From Desulfuromonas sp. (GTDB taxonomy: Bacteria > Desulfobacterota > Desulfuromonadia > Desulfuromonadales > Desulfuromonadaceae): 64,000 nt of DNA. The first letter of the stretch is position 1; each line of letters starts with the position of its first letter. The stretch covers positions 4,882-68,881 of the forward strand of contig PKUE01000146.1 in assembly GCA_002869685.1 (NCBI GenBank), written 5' to 3'. The position numbers and the translations under genes were made by a program. Shown one piece after another: positions 44,778-53,875 of the stretch. The notes beneath the pieces were generated by a model that worked only from the letters and a program-made list of their open reading frames with translations, did no database searches and had not been told where the DNA came from.

Positions 44778-46673
44778 ATGAATTTTCAAATAGGTCGCCT
44801 GAATGTCAGTAATGAGCGCTGCACCATCATTGCTGAAATCGGCAATAACCATAATGGTGATTTTGAACGCGCGATCGCGTTAGTCGATCAGGCCCAATCG
44901 ATTGGTGTCGATTGCGTGAAGTTCCAGATGCGAGTTCTGGATCAGGTTTATCGAAAAAAAACGTTAGCTCGCAGCGGCGAAGATCTTTCGACAGAATATG
45001 TCGTCGATCTGTTGGAAAAATTTGAATTGTCACCCGACGAGCATTACCGGCTTTTCGACTATTGCCAAAAAATCGGCATCGAATACCTCTGTACGCCATG
45101 GGATCTCGAAAGTACGAGGATTCTCGAATCTTTCGGGGTGCCCGGGTATAAAATCTCTTCCGCCGATTTGACCAACCTGCCGTTGATTGATGCGGTAGCC
45201 AGAACACAAAAACCGCTGATTTTGTCGACCGGGATGAGTTACTTTGACGAGGTCAAGAAAACGGTCGCGTTCCTGCAAAAACACAACGCGAACTTTGCCC
45301 TGCTGCACTGCAACAGTACTTATCCGGCCCCCCTTCAGGACATCAATCTGAACTGGATGTCACGATTAAAGGAGCTGCATCCCCTGGTGGGCTATTCGGG
45401 GCACGAGAGAGGGATTGCCGTGTCGTTTGCGGCCCGAGCTCTTGGTGCGTGTATTATTGAACGCCATTTTACCCTGGATCGCGAAATGGAAGGCCCTGAC
45501 CATGCCGCCAGCCTTGAATTCAACGATTTTGACGCATTGGTCAAAGGTCTCCGTGATATCGAAATGGCACTCGGATCTTCAGAGGAGCGTGTGCTGAGTC
45601 AAGGTGAAATTATCAACAGAGAGAACCTGTCCAAAAGCCTGATTGCCTCAAGGCCGCTGAAACTCGGGACGGTTCTGGCGCCCGGGGATATCAGTGTACG
45701 AAGTCCCGGCCAGGGATTGTCACCCCAATGTTACGAAAGTCTGTTGGGGAAAGTTCTGCACAGAGATATGGAGGAGGAGGATTTCTTCTACCAGACTGAT
45801 TTGCACGAGACGGTGATTGAACCGAAAAACTACAGCTTCGACCGTCCATGGGGGATCCCGGTCCGCTATCACGATTTTCAAAAATTCCACACCTTCGTTC
45901 AACCGGACTTTTTCGAGTTTCATTTTTCCTATTCCGACATGAGCCTTGATCCCGCGGATTTTCTCCACGGTGAGTACGACTGCGATTTTGTTGTGCATGC
46001 CCCGGAACTGTTTTCGGGAAGCCACCTGATGGACCTGGCAACGCCGGATGACTCTTATCGCCAGCAATCGCTGCAGGAAACACAGCGCATCATTGATATT
46101 ACGCGAGCGCTCAAGAAATATTTTCCGCGCACCAAACGACCTATGATTGTTGCCAATATCGGTGGGTTTACGATGGACCAGCCGATTGCGAAACAGGAAC
46201 ATGAGGCCTACTATCGCCGCTTTGCCGAAAGTCTGAAAGCGCTGGATCTTCAAGGTGTCGAGCTCATTCCGCAAACGATGGCACCGTTCCCGTGGCACTT
46301 TGGCGGACAACGCTATCAGAACCTGTTTGTCGAACTCGATGAAATCATCGAGTGGTGTGAAAAGCTTAACATCCGACTGTGTTATGACGTTTCTCACAGC
46401 GCTTTGACCTGTGCTGCATACGGTGTCGATATCTATGATTTTAGCGCAAAAATTTCTCCCTATGTGGCGCATCTGCATCTTGCTGACGCAAAAGGGGTTA
46501 ACGGGGAGGGGTTGCAGATCGGCGAGGGCGATCTTGATTTCATCCGCTTAAATGAGATTCTGCGCCGGGGCTGTCCCCAGGCTTCATTTATTCCCGAAAT
46601 ATGGCAGGGCCATAAAAATAACGGTGAAGGCTTCTTTATTGCCCTTGATAAACTGGAACAGTTGTCCCGTTGA
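44778..46673 (+). CDS. neuB: NeuB-family ulosonic acid synthase with SAF and C-terminal xylose-isomerase-like TIM barrel
   Basis: IIAEIGNNHNGD, KISSADLTN, ILSTGM, LHCNSTYP, GYSGHE, IERHFTLD, GPDH.ASL; C-terminal VHAPE, CYDVSH, HLHLAD, IGEGDLDF, FIPEIWQGH. Confidence 0.88.
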   Translation: MNFQIGRLNVSNERCTIIAEIGNNHNGDFERAIALVDQAQSIGVDCVKFQMRVLDQVYRKKTLARSGEDLSTEYVVDLLEKFELSPDEHYRLFDYCQKIGIEYLCTPWDLESTRILESFGVPGYKISSADLTNLPLIDAVARTQKPLILSTGMSYFDEVKKTVAFLQKHNANFALLHCNSTYPAPLQDINLNWMSRLKELHPLVGYSGHERGIAVSFAARALGACIIERHFTLDREMEGPDHAASLEFNDFDALVKGLRDIEMALGSSEERVLSQGEIINRENLSKSLIASRPLKLGTVLAPGDISVRSPGQGLSPQCYESLLGKVLHRDMEEEDFFYQTDLHETVIEPKNYSFDRPWGIPVRYHDFQKFHTFVQPDFFEFHFSYSDMSLDPADFLHGEYDCDFVVHAPELFSGSHLMDLATPDDSYRQQSLQETQRIIDITRALKKYFPRTKRPMIVANIGGFTMDQPIAKQEHEAYYRRFAESLKALDLQGVELIPQTMAPFPWHFGGQRYQNLFVELDEIIEWCEKLNIRLCYDVSHSALTCAAYGVDIYDFSAKISPYVAHLHLADAKGVNGEGLQIGEGDLDFIRLNEILRRGCPQASFIPEIWQGHKNNGEGFFIALDKLEQLSR

Positions 46674-46701
46674 GTTGATCTCAACGGATGTGAGGCATGC
46701 G

Positions 46702-47364
46702 ATGGCGAATTACGCGATTATACCGATACGAAGTGGGAGCAAACGATTCCCCAATAAAAACATCTTTCCCATAGATGGGTTGCCGTTGTTTCATTTCGCG
46801 GCGCATGTTGCCCGGTTAAGTGGTGTTTTTGATAAGGTGATTATCACCAGTGACAGCGAGGAATACCTCAAGATCGCTCAAGACTACGGCTATGATCTGC
46901 ACAAGCGGTCTGAAGCCGCATCTTCAGACCATGCCAGCTCCGAAGATATTATTGACGAAGTTCTCAGAGATTTTGATATGAAGGAAGGTGACTGGGCTTT
47001 TCTCATTCAGGCGACGTCTCCGTTTCAGCAGGAGCATTATTTCCAAGCTGCTGCCGCTCAAATCAATCGTGGGATCTCCAGTATTGTCACCTATCGAAGT
47101 TTTAAACGGTTTTTTCTTGAAGATGTCATTGGTAAAGAGCGCAAGAGGACCCAGGATTTTGCCAGCCGCAAGCTTGAGACCGGCATGTTCTGGGGCTTTA
47201 ATGTCGGGGCTTTTTTTGAAAAGAAAAACAGAATTATCGAGCCTTATGGATTAGTCGAGATAAAAGAATTCGATGATGTTGATATCGACTATTTTGAGGA
47301 TATTGAAAACCATATCCCCCGTTTAAAAGCGCTAGCGCAACAGTACAAAGCCGAAAAACCTTAA
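46702..47364 (+). CDS. Acylneuraminate cytidylyltransferase (NeuA/PseF/LegF-like)
   Basis: AIIPIRSGSKRFPNKN, IITSDSEE, LIQATSPF, DIDYFED; start reassigned to the ATG at 46702. Confidence 0.88.
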   Translation: MANYAIIPIRSGSKRFPNKNIFPIDGLPLFHFAAHVARLSGVFDKVIITSDSEEYLKIAQDYGYDLHKRSEAASSDHASSEDIIDEVLRDFDMKEGDWAFLIQATSPFQQEHYFQAAAAQINRGISSIVTYRSFKRFFLEDVIGKERKRTQDFASRKLETGMFWGFNVGAFFEKKNRIIEPYGLVEIKEFDDVDIDYFEDIENHIPRLKALAQQYKAEKP

Positions 47365-47378
47365 CCGAAGGGGTAAGC

Positions 47379-48176
47379 ATGGCCGGAAATAAATTTGATC
47401 GTTTGAACTACGACGAATATTTTGTGCGAAGAACCCCACCGCAGGCGGTAGATTTTGAAGAGGGTTATTGGGGAGAATCCACAGATCCCGATGGCGTCAT
47501 CAGGAATATTGGTGAAGAGCGTGAGCACAAAAGAGAGCTGGCGGCAACGGAGTTGTCGTTTATCAATGCCCTCACCCCCGGACGTGTGCTCGACGTGGGG
47601 TGTGGTGTTGGTGCCATTCTCGAGGGGGTGAATGACTCCTGGGAGAAGCATGGCCTCGAAGTCTCTCAGTATGCTGCGGAAAAGGCTCAGCCTTACGGGG
47701 AGATCTTTTGTGGGGAATTACATCAGGCAAAATATCCCGATGGTTTTTTTGACGCCATTTTACTGTTTCATGTGATTGAACATCTGCAGTCTCCGCTGGA
47801 GGTCCTCACCGAAATCCGTCGCATTCTGAAGGTTGATGGTTGGCTGATTGTCGGGACCCCCGACTTTGACTGCGGTTGCGCGAGAAAATATGGCGACCAA
47901 TTCCGACTGTTGCACGATATTACCCATATTACGCTGTTTTCCAGTAACAGCCTGTTCCGGATGATGACGGATCTGGGTTTTTCAGTTGAGAAAACGGAGT
48001 ATCCATTTTTTGATACGAAGTATTTTACCAAAGAAAATCTTTTACGATTGTTTGACGATCAGGCGGTTTCACCACCTTTTTACGGCAATATTATGACCAA
48101 ATATTGTCGTAAACTCAGTAAGGAAGAGTGCGAAGAACGCGTGGAGTATCTGAAAACGCTGATCGATCGCATGTAA
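47379..48176 (+). CDS. Class I SAM-dependent methyltransferase
   Basis: VLDVGCGVG, GLEVSQYAA, FDAILLFHVIEHL. Confidence 0.88.
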   Translation: MAGNKFDRLNYDEYFVRRTPPQAVDFEEGYWGESTDPDGVIRNIGEEREHKRELAATELSFINALTPGRVLDVGCGVGAILEGVNDSWEKHGLEVSQYAAEKAQPYGEIFCGELHQAKYPDGFFDAILLFHVIEHLQSPLEVLTEIRRILKVDGWLIVGTPDFDCGCARKYGDQFRLLHDITHITLFSSNSLFRMMTDLGFSVEKTEYPFFDTKYFTKENLLRLFDDQAVSPPFYGNIMTKYCRKLSKEECEERVEYLKTLIDRM

Positions 48177-48224
48177 TTAGCTTTTCACTGTCACCAATTC
48201 GTCAGCTAACTTCGGGGAGGCACC

Positions 48225-48950
48225 TTGAGCTCAATTGATAAGCTATTCAAGCAGACACCACATCCTGCTGAGGTCAGTGATTACTGGCATGTATTTGATT
48301 TGTCGAACTGCCTCAATGTTTTTTATTGGGCCAAATATTTTGAGATGGCTGAACAAGCTCCCGCGGGTTGCATCATAGAATGTGGTGTTGGCCGGGGGCG
48401 GAGCTTGATCAGCCTGTTGGCGCTCGAAGCACTTTTTTCTGCAATGAATAGCAGGCCGTATCGCCAGGTTTATGCATTGGACAGTTTTGAAGGATTTCCC
48501 GAACCGCATCAGGTGTTTGATCAAAGTCCCCGCAATCCCCAAAAGGGTCAATGGGGAAGTTCACCGAACAACCAGTTCTCATATTCCGTTGACAATCTGG
48601 TGACGATTTTAAGAAATTCGCATGTTTACGATGTTGCAAAAGAACAACTAGAAATAGTAAAGGGATTCTTCTCTGAAACCATTCCCACGTTGAATGTCGG
48701 CGCTATCTCAATTCTTCATCTGGATGGAGATTTGTATGAATCGGTAAAGTGTCCACTGGATGCGTTATGGGAAAAGGTTGTCCTTGGTGGGGTGATCGTT
48801 ATTGATGATTTTGTGCTGGTTGATGAACACGAAAAGGATGAGCCGTTTCCAGGGGCCCGTAAGGCCGTTCTCGATTTTATGGAGAACAATGAATGCTTCG
48901 AGATCAAAGGAAGCGTCAGGGGAACGCCATATCTTGTGCGGGTGCGGTAA
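48225..48950 (+). CDS. TylF/MycF/NovP-family sugar O-methyltransferase
   Basis: IECGVGRGRS, DSFEGFP, KGFFSETIP, LHLDGDLYES, GGVIVIDDF. Confidence 0.85.
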   Translation: MSSIDKLFKQTPHPAEVSDYWHVFDLSNCLNVFYWAKYFEMAEQAPAGCIIECGVGRGRSLISLLALEALFSAMNSRPYRQVYALDSFEGFPEPHQVFDQSPRNPQKGQWGSSPNNQFSYSVDNLVTILRNSHVYDVAKEQLEIVKGFFSETIPTLNVGAISILHLDGDLYESVKCPLDALWEKVVLGGVIVIDDFVLVDEHEKDEPFPGARKAVLDFMENNECFEIKGSVRGTPYLVRVR

Positions 48951-49012
48951 TTGATCTGCACGATTGAATCAGGGCGAGGCTTGTGGTTTTGGAGAAAGGT
49001 TTGTGAGGTACC

Positions 49013-50974
49013 ATGTCAAAAATAGATAGTCTGAAAGAGATGACCCCGCAGGGGCGTGCTGAAGCATTAGAGCAGCAATTCCAAAAAAACAAAGCCTTTT
49101 TCCAAAAGAATTATCCTGAGGTCGCCCCCTTTTTAGGCGCAGGTGCCGCTCCCTTTCATATCAATGTTACCGACGATTTTTTGACGATTGTCAACACGGA
49201 GAATGGAGAACTCTGCCATCCGGAAGTTGGCCTGGATCTTTTTGCGCAGAAACTTGGCGACTGGACCCATAAAGCATGGATTGATCTGATCGACGGGACA
49301 ATTTATTCCTTTCCGGATCACGGTTATTATTCACAGTTTCCGGTGCGGTTTCAGAAAAAGATGCTCGAGTCTTTCCCTGGCCTGATACCGCGTATGGAAG
49401 GGCGGCAGATCAACCTTCCCGAACTCGCCAATGGTAAACACTTTTCAAACCCGGTTGTTTTTTACGGCGTATTTCATGGTCTGCATATCGATCACTATCT
49501 CAGCCGGACTCAGCTTGCTTGTGCCGCCTTTGTTGAGCCGGAGCCCGCTCGTTTTGTTCTTTCCTGCTATTTCCTCGATTACCAGTCGTTCGAGACAAGG
49601 TTTGAGAGACTGATCCTTCATATCGGTCCGGGCTTACCGGAAAACTTTGTTGATCTTTTTTTCAGACAGGCCAAAGTCTCCAGTGGCGTATGGACGAGGA
49701 TATTGCCCGGTTATCCCTCGCCGCAGCTCGAAGAGGTGACACGCTCATTCCGGCTGAAATGGCGTTCGCGTGATGTCTGGATGCCCCAGGACTGGCGCAT
49801 TAAAGGGATGGAAAATGCTCACGCTAACATTACCGGCGGGGATTTGATCTGGGGACAACATGTGTCGTTGTCTTCGAAAAGCCGCATTGCCGTGGTTGGT
49901 GCCGGACCTTCTTTGAGTCATGATCTTGAATGGCTTGCGCAGCATCAGGATCAGTTTGTCATTTTTTCAGTACACAGTGCAGTGTCCGCATTGAGAACTG
50001 CCGGGATTAAACCGGATTTTCAATTTACCCTGGATATTAACCCTTGGGATGAGGAAATTTTTCAGCGGGTTCAACTGGACCCTTCAGTTCCTGTAGTGAC
50101 ATCGGTTAATGATTTCCCGGATAAGTTTCAAGCTTTTGACGAAGTATTCAGAATTGTTCAGGAAGATGGGGTGAACCCGTTTCAGATGAAAAACGGGGTT
50201 CCTTTTCTTGTGCCGACATCGGGGAATATGGCGCTGGCCTTTGCCTGTTGGTGCAAGCCTTCTCAGATCTATCTTTTTGGTTTGGATTTCGGTTTTCGCG
50301 AATCAACCAAAACGCACGTTGCTGAAAGCTCTGCCTACCGAAATGAGGATGAACACCGGGAGATTATCGGTTCAGGCTCCCTTGAGGTTGAAGCGAATTT
50401 CAGCGGAGCTGAAAAAGTTTATGCCCAGTCCTACTTTAATATGGCCCGTCTTTGTGCTGAAGTTCCAATTGCCGTCGCAAATGGAGAGGTTAAGGTGTTT
50501 AACTGCTCCGACGGGGCGCGTCTTCGTTCCGCCACCCCCTGTCGATCTTGCGATATCGAAGCGAGAGACTACTGTAAAGAAGATGATCTGCGGCGGATAA
50601 AAGAGATGTTTCTGCCTCTGGTAGAGGGAGTGCACTGGGATCGTTTTGCTCTTACGGGTGCGTCTCAACTGGAAGCTTATAAAGCTGCCATGGTGAGACT
50701 GTTAAAAATGAAAAAGTTCAACTGGCTGAAATTTGTAGATAAAATAGATCACTTTTATCTTCTGTTGCAGAAACAGTTGCCGAACAAGGTTGCCAAAAAC
50801 ACCGATCCCCGAATCATCCCCTATGTTGAACTTATTGTGCTGTTGTTTGATGCCTGGTATCGCTTCCTGTGTTTCACAAATACAGAAGAAGAATGGGGAA
50901 GCGTCTATGAAAAAGGCTATGTAGAGCTGTGCAAACTTGTTGAAGAGATGTTCTGGCCTGAAGGGCTCAATTAG
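49013..50974 (+). CDS. Maf-family flagellin glycosyltransferase (DUF115)
   Basis: IAVVGAGPSL, SALRTAGIKPDF, IYLFGLDFG, VFNCSDGA; directly upstream of the flagellins. Confidence 0.85.
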   Translation: MSKIDSLKEMTPQGRAEALEQQFQKNKAFFQKNYPEVAPFLGAGAAPFHINVTDDFLTIVNTENGELCHPEVGLDLFAQKLGDWTHKAWIDLIDGTIYSFPDHGYYSQFPVRFQKKMLESFPGLIPRMEGRQINLPELANGKHFSNPVVFYGVFHGLHIDHYLSRTQLACAAFVEPEPARFVLSCYFLDYQSFETRFERLILHIGPGLPENFVDLFFRQAKVSSGVWTRILPGYPSPQLEEVTRSFRLKWRSRDVWMPQDWRIKGMENAHANITGGDLIWGQHVSLSSKSRIAVVGAGPSLSHDLEWLAQHQDQFVIFSVHSAVSALRTAGIKPDFQFTLDINPWDEEIFQRVQLDPSVPVVTSVNDFPDKFQAFDEVFRIVQEDGVNPFQMKNGVPFLVPTSGNMALAFACWCKPSQIYLFGLDFGFRESTKTHVAESSAYRNEDEHREIIGSGSLEVEANFSGAEKVYAQSYFNMARLCAEVPIAVANGEVKVFNCSDGARLRSATPCRSCDIEARDYCKEDDLRRIKEMFLPLVEGVHWDRFALTGASQLEAYKAAMVRLLKMKKFNWLKFVDKIDHFYLLLQKQLPNKVAKNTDPRIIPYVELIVLLFDAWYRFLCFTNTEEEWGSVYEKGYVELCKLVEEMFWPEGLN

Positions 50975-50999
50975 GGTGGCGGGTGGTAAGGAAAAGCGT

Positions 51000-51027
51000 T
51001 AAATATTTGCTGCCGATCGGCCGATGC
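51000..51027 (+). promoter_or_regulatory. Sigma28 promoter of flagellin 1
   Basis: TAAA-N16-GCCGATGC. Confidence 0.7.
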
Positions 51028-51047
51028 AATAAAAAGGGATTTTTGAA

Positions 51048-51196
51048 AAGAAGGTAACGCGGGTTGTCGACGGGTGGTATCCCGGTTCGGGAGAGAGTCA
51101 CTGTCGCCATCCGTATCTGTCGACAATTGAGAGCACGAAGGGTTCGTGTTGTAAATAGACCTTCTTACGATTGCATTTGTGAGGGCAGGGTTGCCC
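51048..51196 (+). other. Structured 5' leader of flagellin 1
   Basis: Nested complementary segments (see findings). Confidence 0.5.
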
Positions 51197-51224
51197 GCGA
51201 AGTAGAATCATGGAGGACTGATCA

Positions 51225-52412
51225 ATGGCTTTAACAATTAATACAAATGTTGCGTCTCTCAATGCGCAACGCAATCTGGGCACTTCCCAGGTGGATCTTG
51301 ACAGGTCCATGCAGCGGTTGTCTTCCGGTTTGCGCATCAATAATGCCAAGGATGACGCCGCAGGGCTGGCCATCTCTGACCGGATGACGGCACAGATTCG
51401 TGGCCTGAATCAGGCTGCCCGTAATGCTAATGATGGCATTTCGATGGCGCAAACCGCCGAAGGGGCCTTACAGGAGAGTACCAATATCCTGCAGCGTATC
51501 CGTGAACTGGCCGTTCAATCTGCCAACGACACCAACAGCATCTCCGATCGTGCGTCTCTGAACGATGAAGTTGAACAATTGATCGAAGAGTTGGACCGCA
51601 TTGCTCAGACCACTCAATTCAATGGGATCAACGTTATTGATGGCAGTTTGACCAGTGCCGTATTCCAGGTCGGGGCGAATGCCGGCTCCAACCAGACCAT
51701 CTCATTCGGTATTGAAAGTGCCCTCGCTACGGATTTGGGGACTGCAGGCGAAGAGGTTGTCGCTGCGGCAACAGCAACGACAACGTTCAATGGTCTCAAG
51801 TTTACCGCAGGGAGTGCCGGCGCAGACGGAAATGAGAGTTTTTCTCTCTCGGTTGTTCAGACTTCCGCGGCCAATACCGATGTCACGTTGACGCCATCGG
51901 AGAATTATTTGCTGGTGGAATTGGGGACGGCAACGGGGCAGGACCAGGCAAGTGTTGTTCTTGCCCAGCTTGACGATTTGGGGTTCACGGGTTTTACCGG
52001 AGTTTCAGTTGAGACGGTATCGGCAACGACCACATGGTCGACAGATCTTAGTGGCAGCACCATCTCGCTGACGGGTGGGACTGATCTGGTTGAATCGGTT
52101 GCCGTTGCAGATATTTCTGTCAAGACTCTCAACGACGCGCAGGCCGCAATCGCCAGTGTTGATAATGCACTTGACGATATTGATAATATTCGGGGTGGTC
52201 TTGGCGCGGTGCAGAACCGATTTGAGTCGTCAATTGCCAACTTGAATAATGTTGCTGAAAACCTTGCTGCCGCCCGATCGAGGATTCTTGACGCAGATAT
52301 CGCTCAGGAAACCTCCAATATGACTAAGCAGAATATTTTACAGCAGGCCGGAGTTTCCATTCTGGCCCAGGCTAATCAGGGCCCTCAGTTGGCTTTGTCG
52401 CTGCTGGGATAG
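51225..52412 (+). CDS. fliC: Flagellin 1
   Basis: [36 protein letters not shown]. Confidence 0.98.
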   Translation: MALTINTNVASLNAQRNLGTSQVDLDRSMQRLSSGLRINNAKDDAAGLAISDRMTAQIRGLNQAARNANDGISMAQTAEGALQESTNILQRIRELAVQSANDTNSISDRASLNDEVEQLIEELDRIAQTTQFNGINVIDGSLTSAVFQVGANAGSNQTISFGIESALATDLGTAGEEVVAAATATTTFNGLKFTAGSAGADGNESFSLSVVQTSAANTDVTLTPSENYLLVELGTATGQDQASVVLAQLDDLGFTGFTGVSVETVSATTTWSTDLSGSTISLTGGTDLVESVAVADISVKTLNDAQAAIASVDNALDDIDNIRGGLGAVQNRFESSIANLNNVAENLAAARSRILDADIAQETSNMTKQNILQQAGVSILAQANQGPQLALSLLG

Positions 52413-52460
52413 CGATAAAAATTTTTTTTTGAAAAAAAAGAAGAAAAGTGATTTTTTTTC

Positions 52461-52488
52461 TAAACTCTATCGGCGGAGTCGTCGATAA
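52461..52488 (+). promoter_or_regulatory. Sigma28 promoter of flagellin 2
   Basis: TAAA-N16-GTCGATAA with an upstream A/T tract. Confidence 0.8.
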
Positions 52489-52591
52489 AGTGGATAACGG
52501 GAAGATTACAGCGGAAAAGGAGGTGGGTAGATCGTTATCAGCTTTCCCTCGTAACTTCTAACAAACGAATAACTCGCCGGACCGTCCGGCA

Positions 52592-52605
52592 GGGCACGGA
52601 AGCCC
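52592..52605 (+). promoter_or_regulatory. CsrA-binding hairpin in the flagellin 2 leader
   Basis: GGGC-ACGGAA-GCCC (GGA in a hexaloop), with a second AUGGA overlapping the SD. Confidence 0.75.
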
Positions 52606-52633
52606 ACTAAACACAATCATGGAGGACTAAATC

Positions 52634-53812
52634 ATGGCATTAACAATTAACACTAACGTAGCATCCCTTAACGCCCAACGTAACCTCGGTTCATCTCAGG
52701 CAAACCTCAACAAGTCCATGCAGCGCCTGTCTTCAGGTCTGCGCATCAACAGTGCTAAGGACGACGCAGCGGGTCTGGCTATTTCTGACCGTATGACCGC
52801 TCAAATCCGCGGCCTCAACCAGGCAGCTCGTAATGCAAACGATGGTATCTCTCTGGCGCAAACTGCTGAAGGCGCTCTGCAAGAGAGCACCAACATTCTG
52901 CAGCGTATTCGTGAGCTGGCCGTTCAGTCTGCCAACGATACCAACAGCGTTTCTGACCGTGCTTCTCTGAACGATGAAGTTTCTCAACTGGTTGAAGAGC
53001 TTGATCGTATTGCTCAAACTACAGAGTTCAACGGTACAAACGTTATCGATGGTACCCTGTCCAACGCGGTATTCCAGGTTGGTGCAAATGCAGGTTCTAA
53101 CCAGACCATCTCCTTTGGCATCGAGAGTGCCCAAGCTGCTGATCTGGGTACTGCAGGTGATGAAGTTATCGCTGCCGCTACAGCAACCGGTTCTTTCTCT
53201 GACCTGACTTTCACTGCTGATGCCGCAGGTTCTACTGCGAATGCAACTTACACCATCGTTGCTAATCAGTCGGCTGCAACAGCATCCAGCACCAGTGCTA
53301 CTTTTACGGCATCGAATAACACGATTACCGTAACTCTGGGAACCACTACTGGTCAGGATGCTGCCAGTGTTGTTGCAACCGCTGTTGCTAGTGCACTGAG
53401 CGGTGTTAGCGTTTCTGCAGCTACCGGCGCGGCCGCTTGGACTGCTTCCAGTGATGGTTCTGTCACCTTGGCTGGTGGTAGTGATCAGATCGTAACGACA
53501 GCTGTTGCTGATATCACCATCGCGACTCGTGAGGGTGCGCAGTCTGCTATCTCCAGTGTTGATAAGGCTCTGGAAGACGTTGACAACATTCGTGGCGGCC
53601 TTGGTGCGGTACAAAATCGCTTCGAATCAACCATTGCCAACCTGAACAATGTTGCTGAGAACCTTTCAGCTGCACGCAGTCGGATTCTTGATGCGGATAT
53701 CGCTCAGGAAACCTCCAACATGACCAAGCAGAATATCCTGCAGCAAGCTGGTGTTTCTATCCTGGCGCAAGCCAACCAGGCACCTCAGCTGGCTCTGTCT
53801 CTGCTGGGCTAA
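52634..53812 (+). CDS. fliC: Flagellin 2 (probable major flagellin)
   Basis: Conserved flagellin termini; Ser/Thr/Ala-rich variable region; T-ending codon bias. Confidence 0.98.
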   Translation: MALTINTNVASLNAQRNLGSSQANLNKSMQRLSSGLRINSAKDDAAGLAISDRMTAQIRGLNQAARNANDGISLAQTAEGALQESTNILQRIRELAVQSANDTNSVSDRASLNDEVSQLVEELDRIAQTTEFNGTNVIDGTLSNAVFQVGANAGSNQTISFGIESAQAADLGTAGDEVIAAATATGSFSDLTFTADAAGSTANATYTIVANQSAATASSTSATFTASNNTITVTLGTTTGQDAASVVATAVASALSGVSVSAATGAAAWTASSDGSVTLAGGSDQIVTTAVADITIATREGAQSAISSVDKALEDVDNIRGGLGAVQNRFESTIANLNNVAENLSAARSRILDADIAQETSNMTKQNILQQAGVSILAQANQAPQLALSLLG

Positions 53813-53831
53813 TCGCGTTAAGGGCACAACC

Positions 53832-53862
53832 AAAAGGGCCGGCTTTGGCCGGCCCTTTTTTC
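53832..53862 (+). terminator. Rho-independent terminator after flagellin 2
   Basis: AAAAGGGCCGGC-TTTG-GCCGGCCCTTTT plus T run. Confidence 0.9.
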
Positions 53863-53875
53863 TCTTAGCCCGGTT

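Noticed and set aside
45720-46478. 252-aa minus-strand ORF
   Set aside because: Antisense to the NeuB fusion
46552-46701. Upstream extension of the cytidylyltransferase ORF
   Set aside because: Overlaps the neuB 3' end; family homology starts at MANYAIIP (46702)
52733-53614. 293-aa minus-strand ORF
   Set aside because: Antisense shadow of codon-biased flagellin 2
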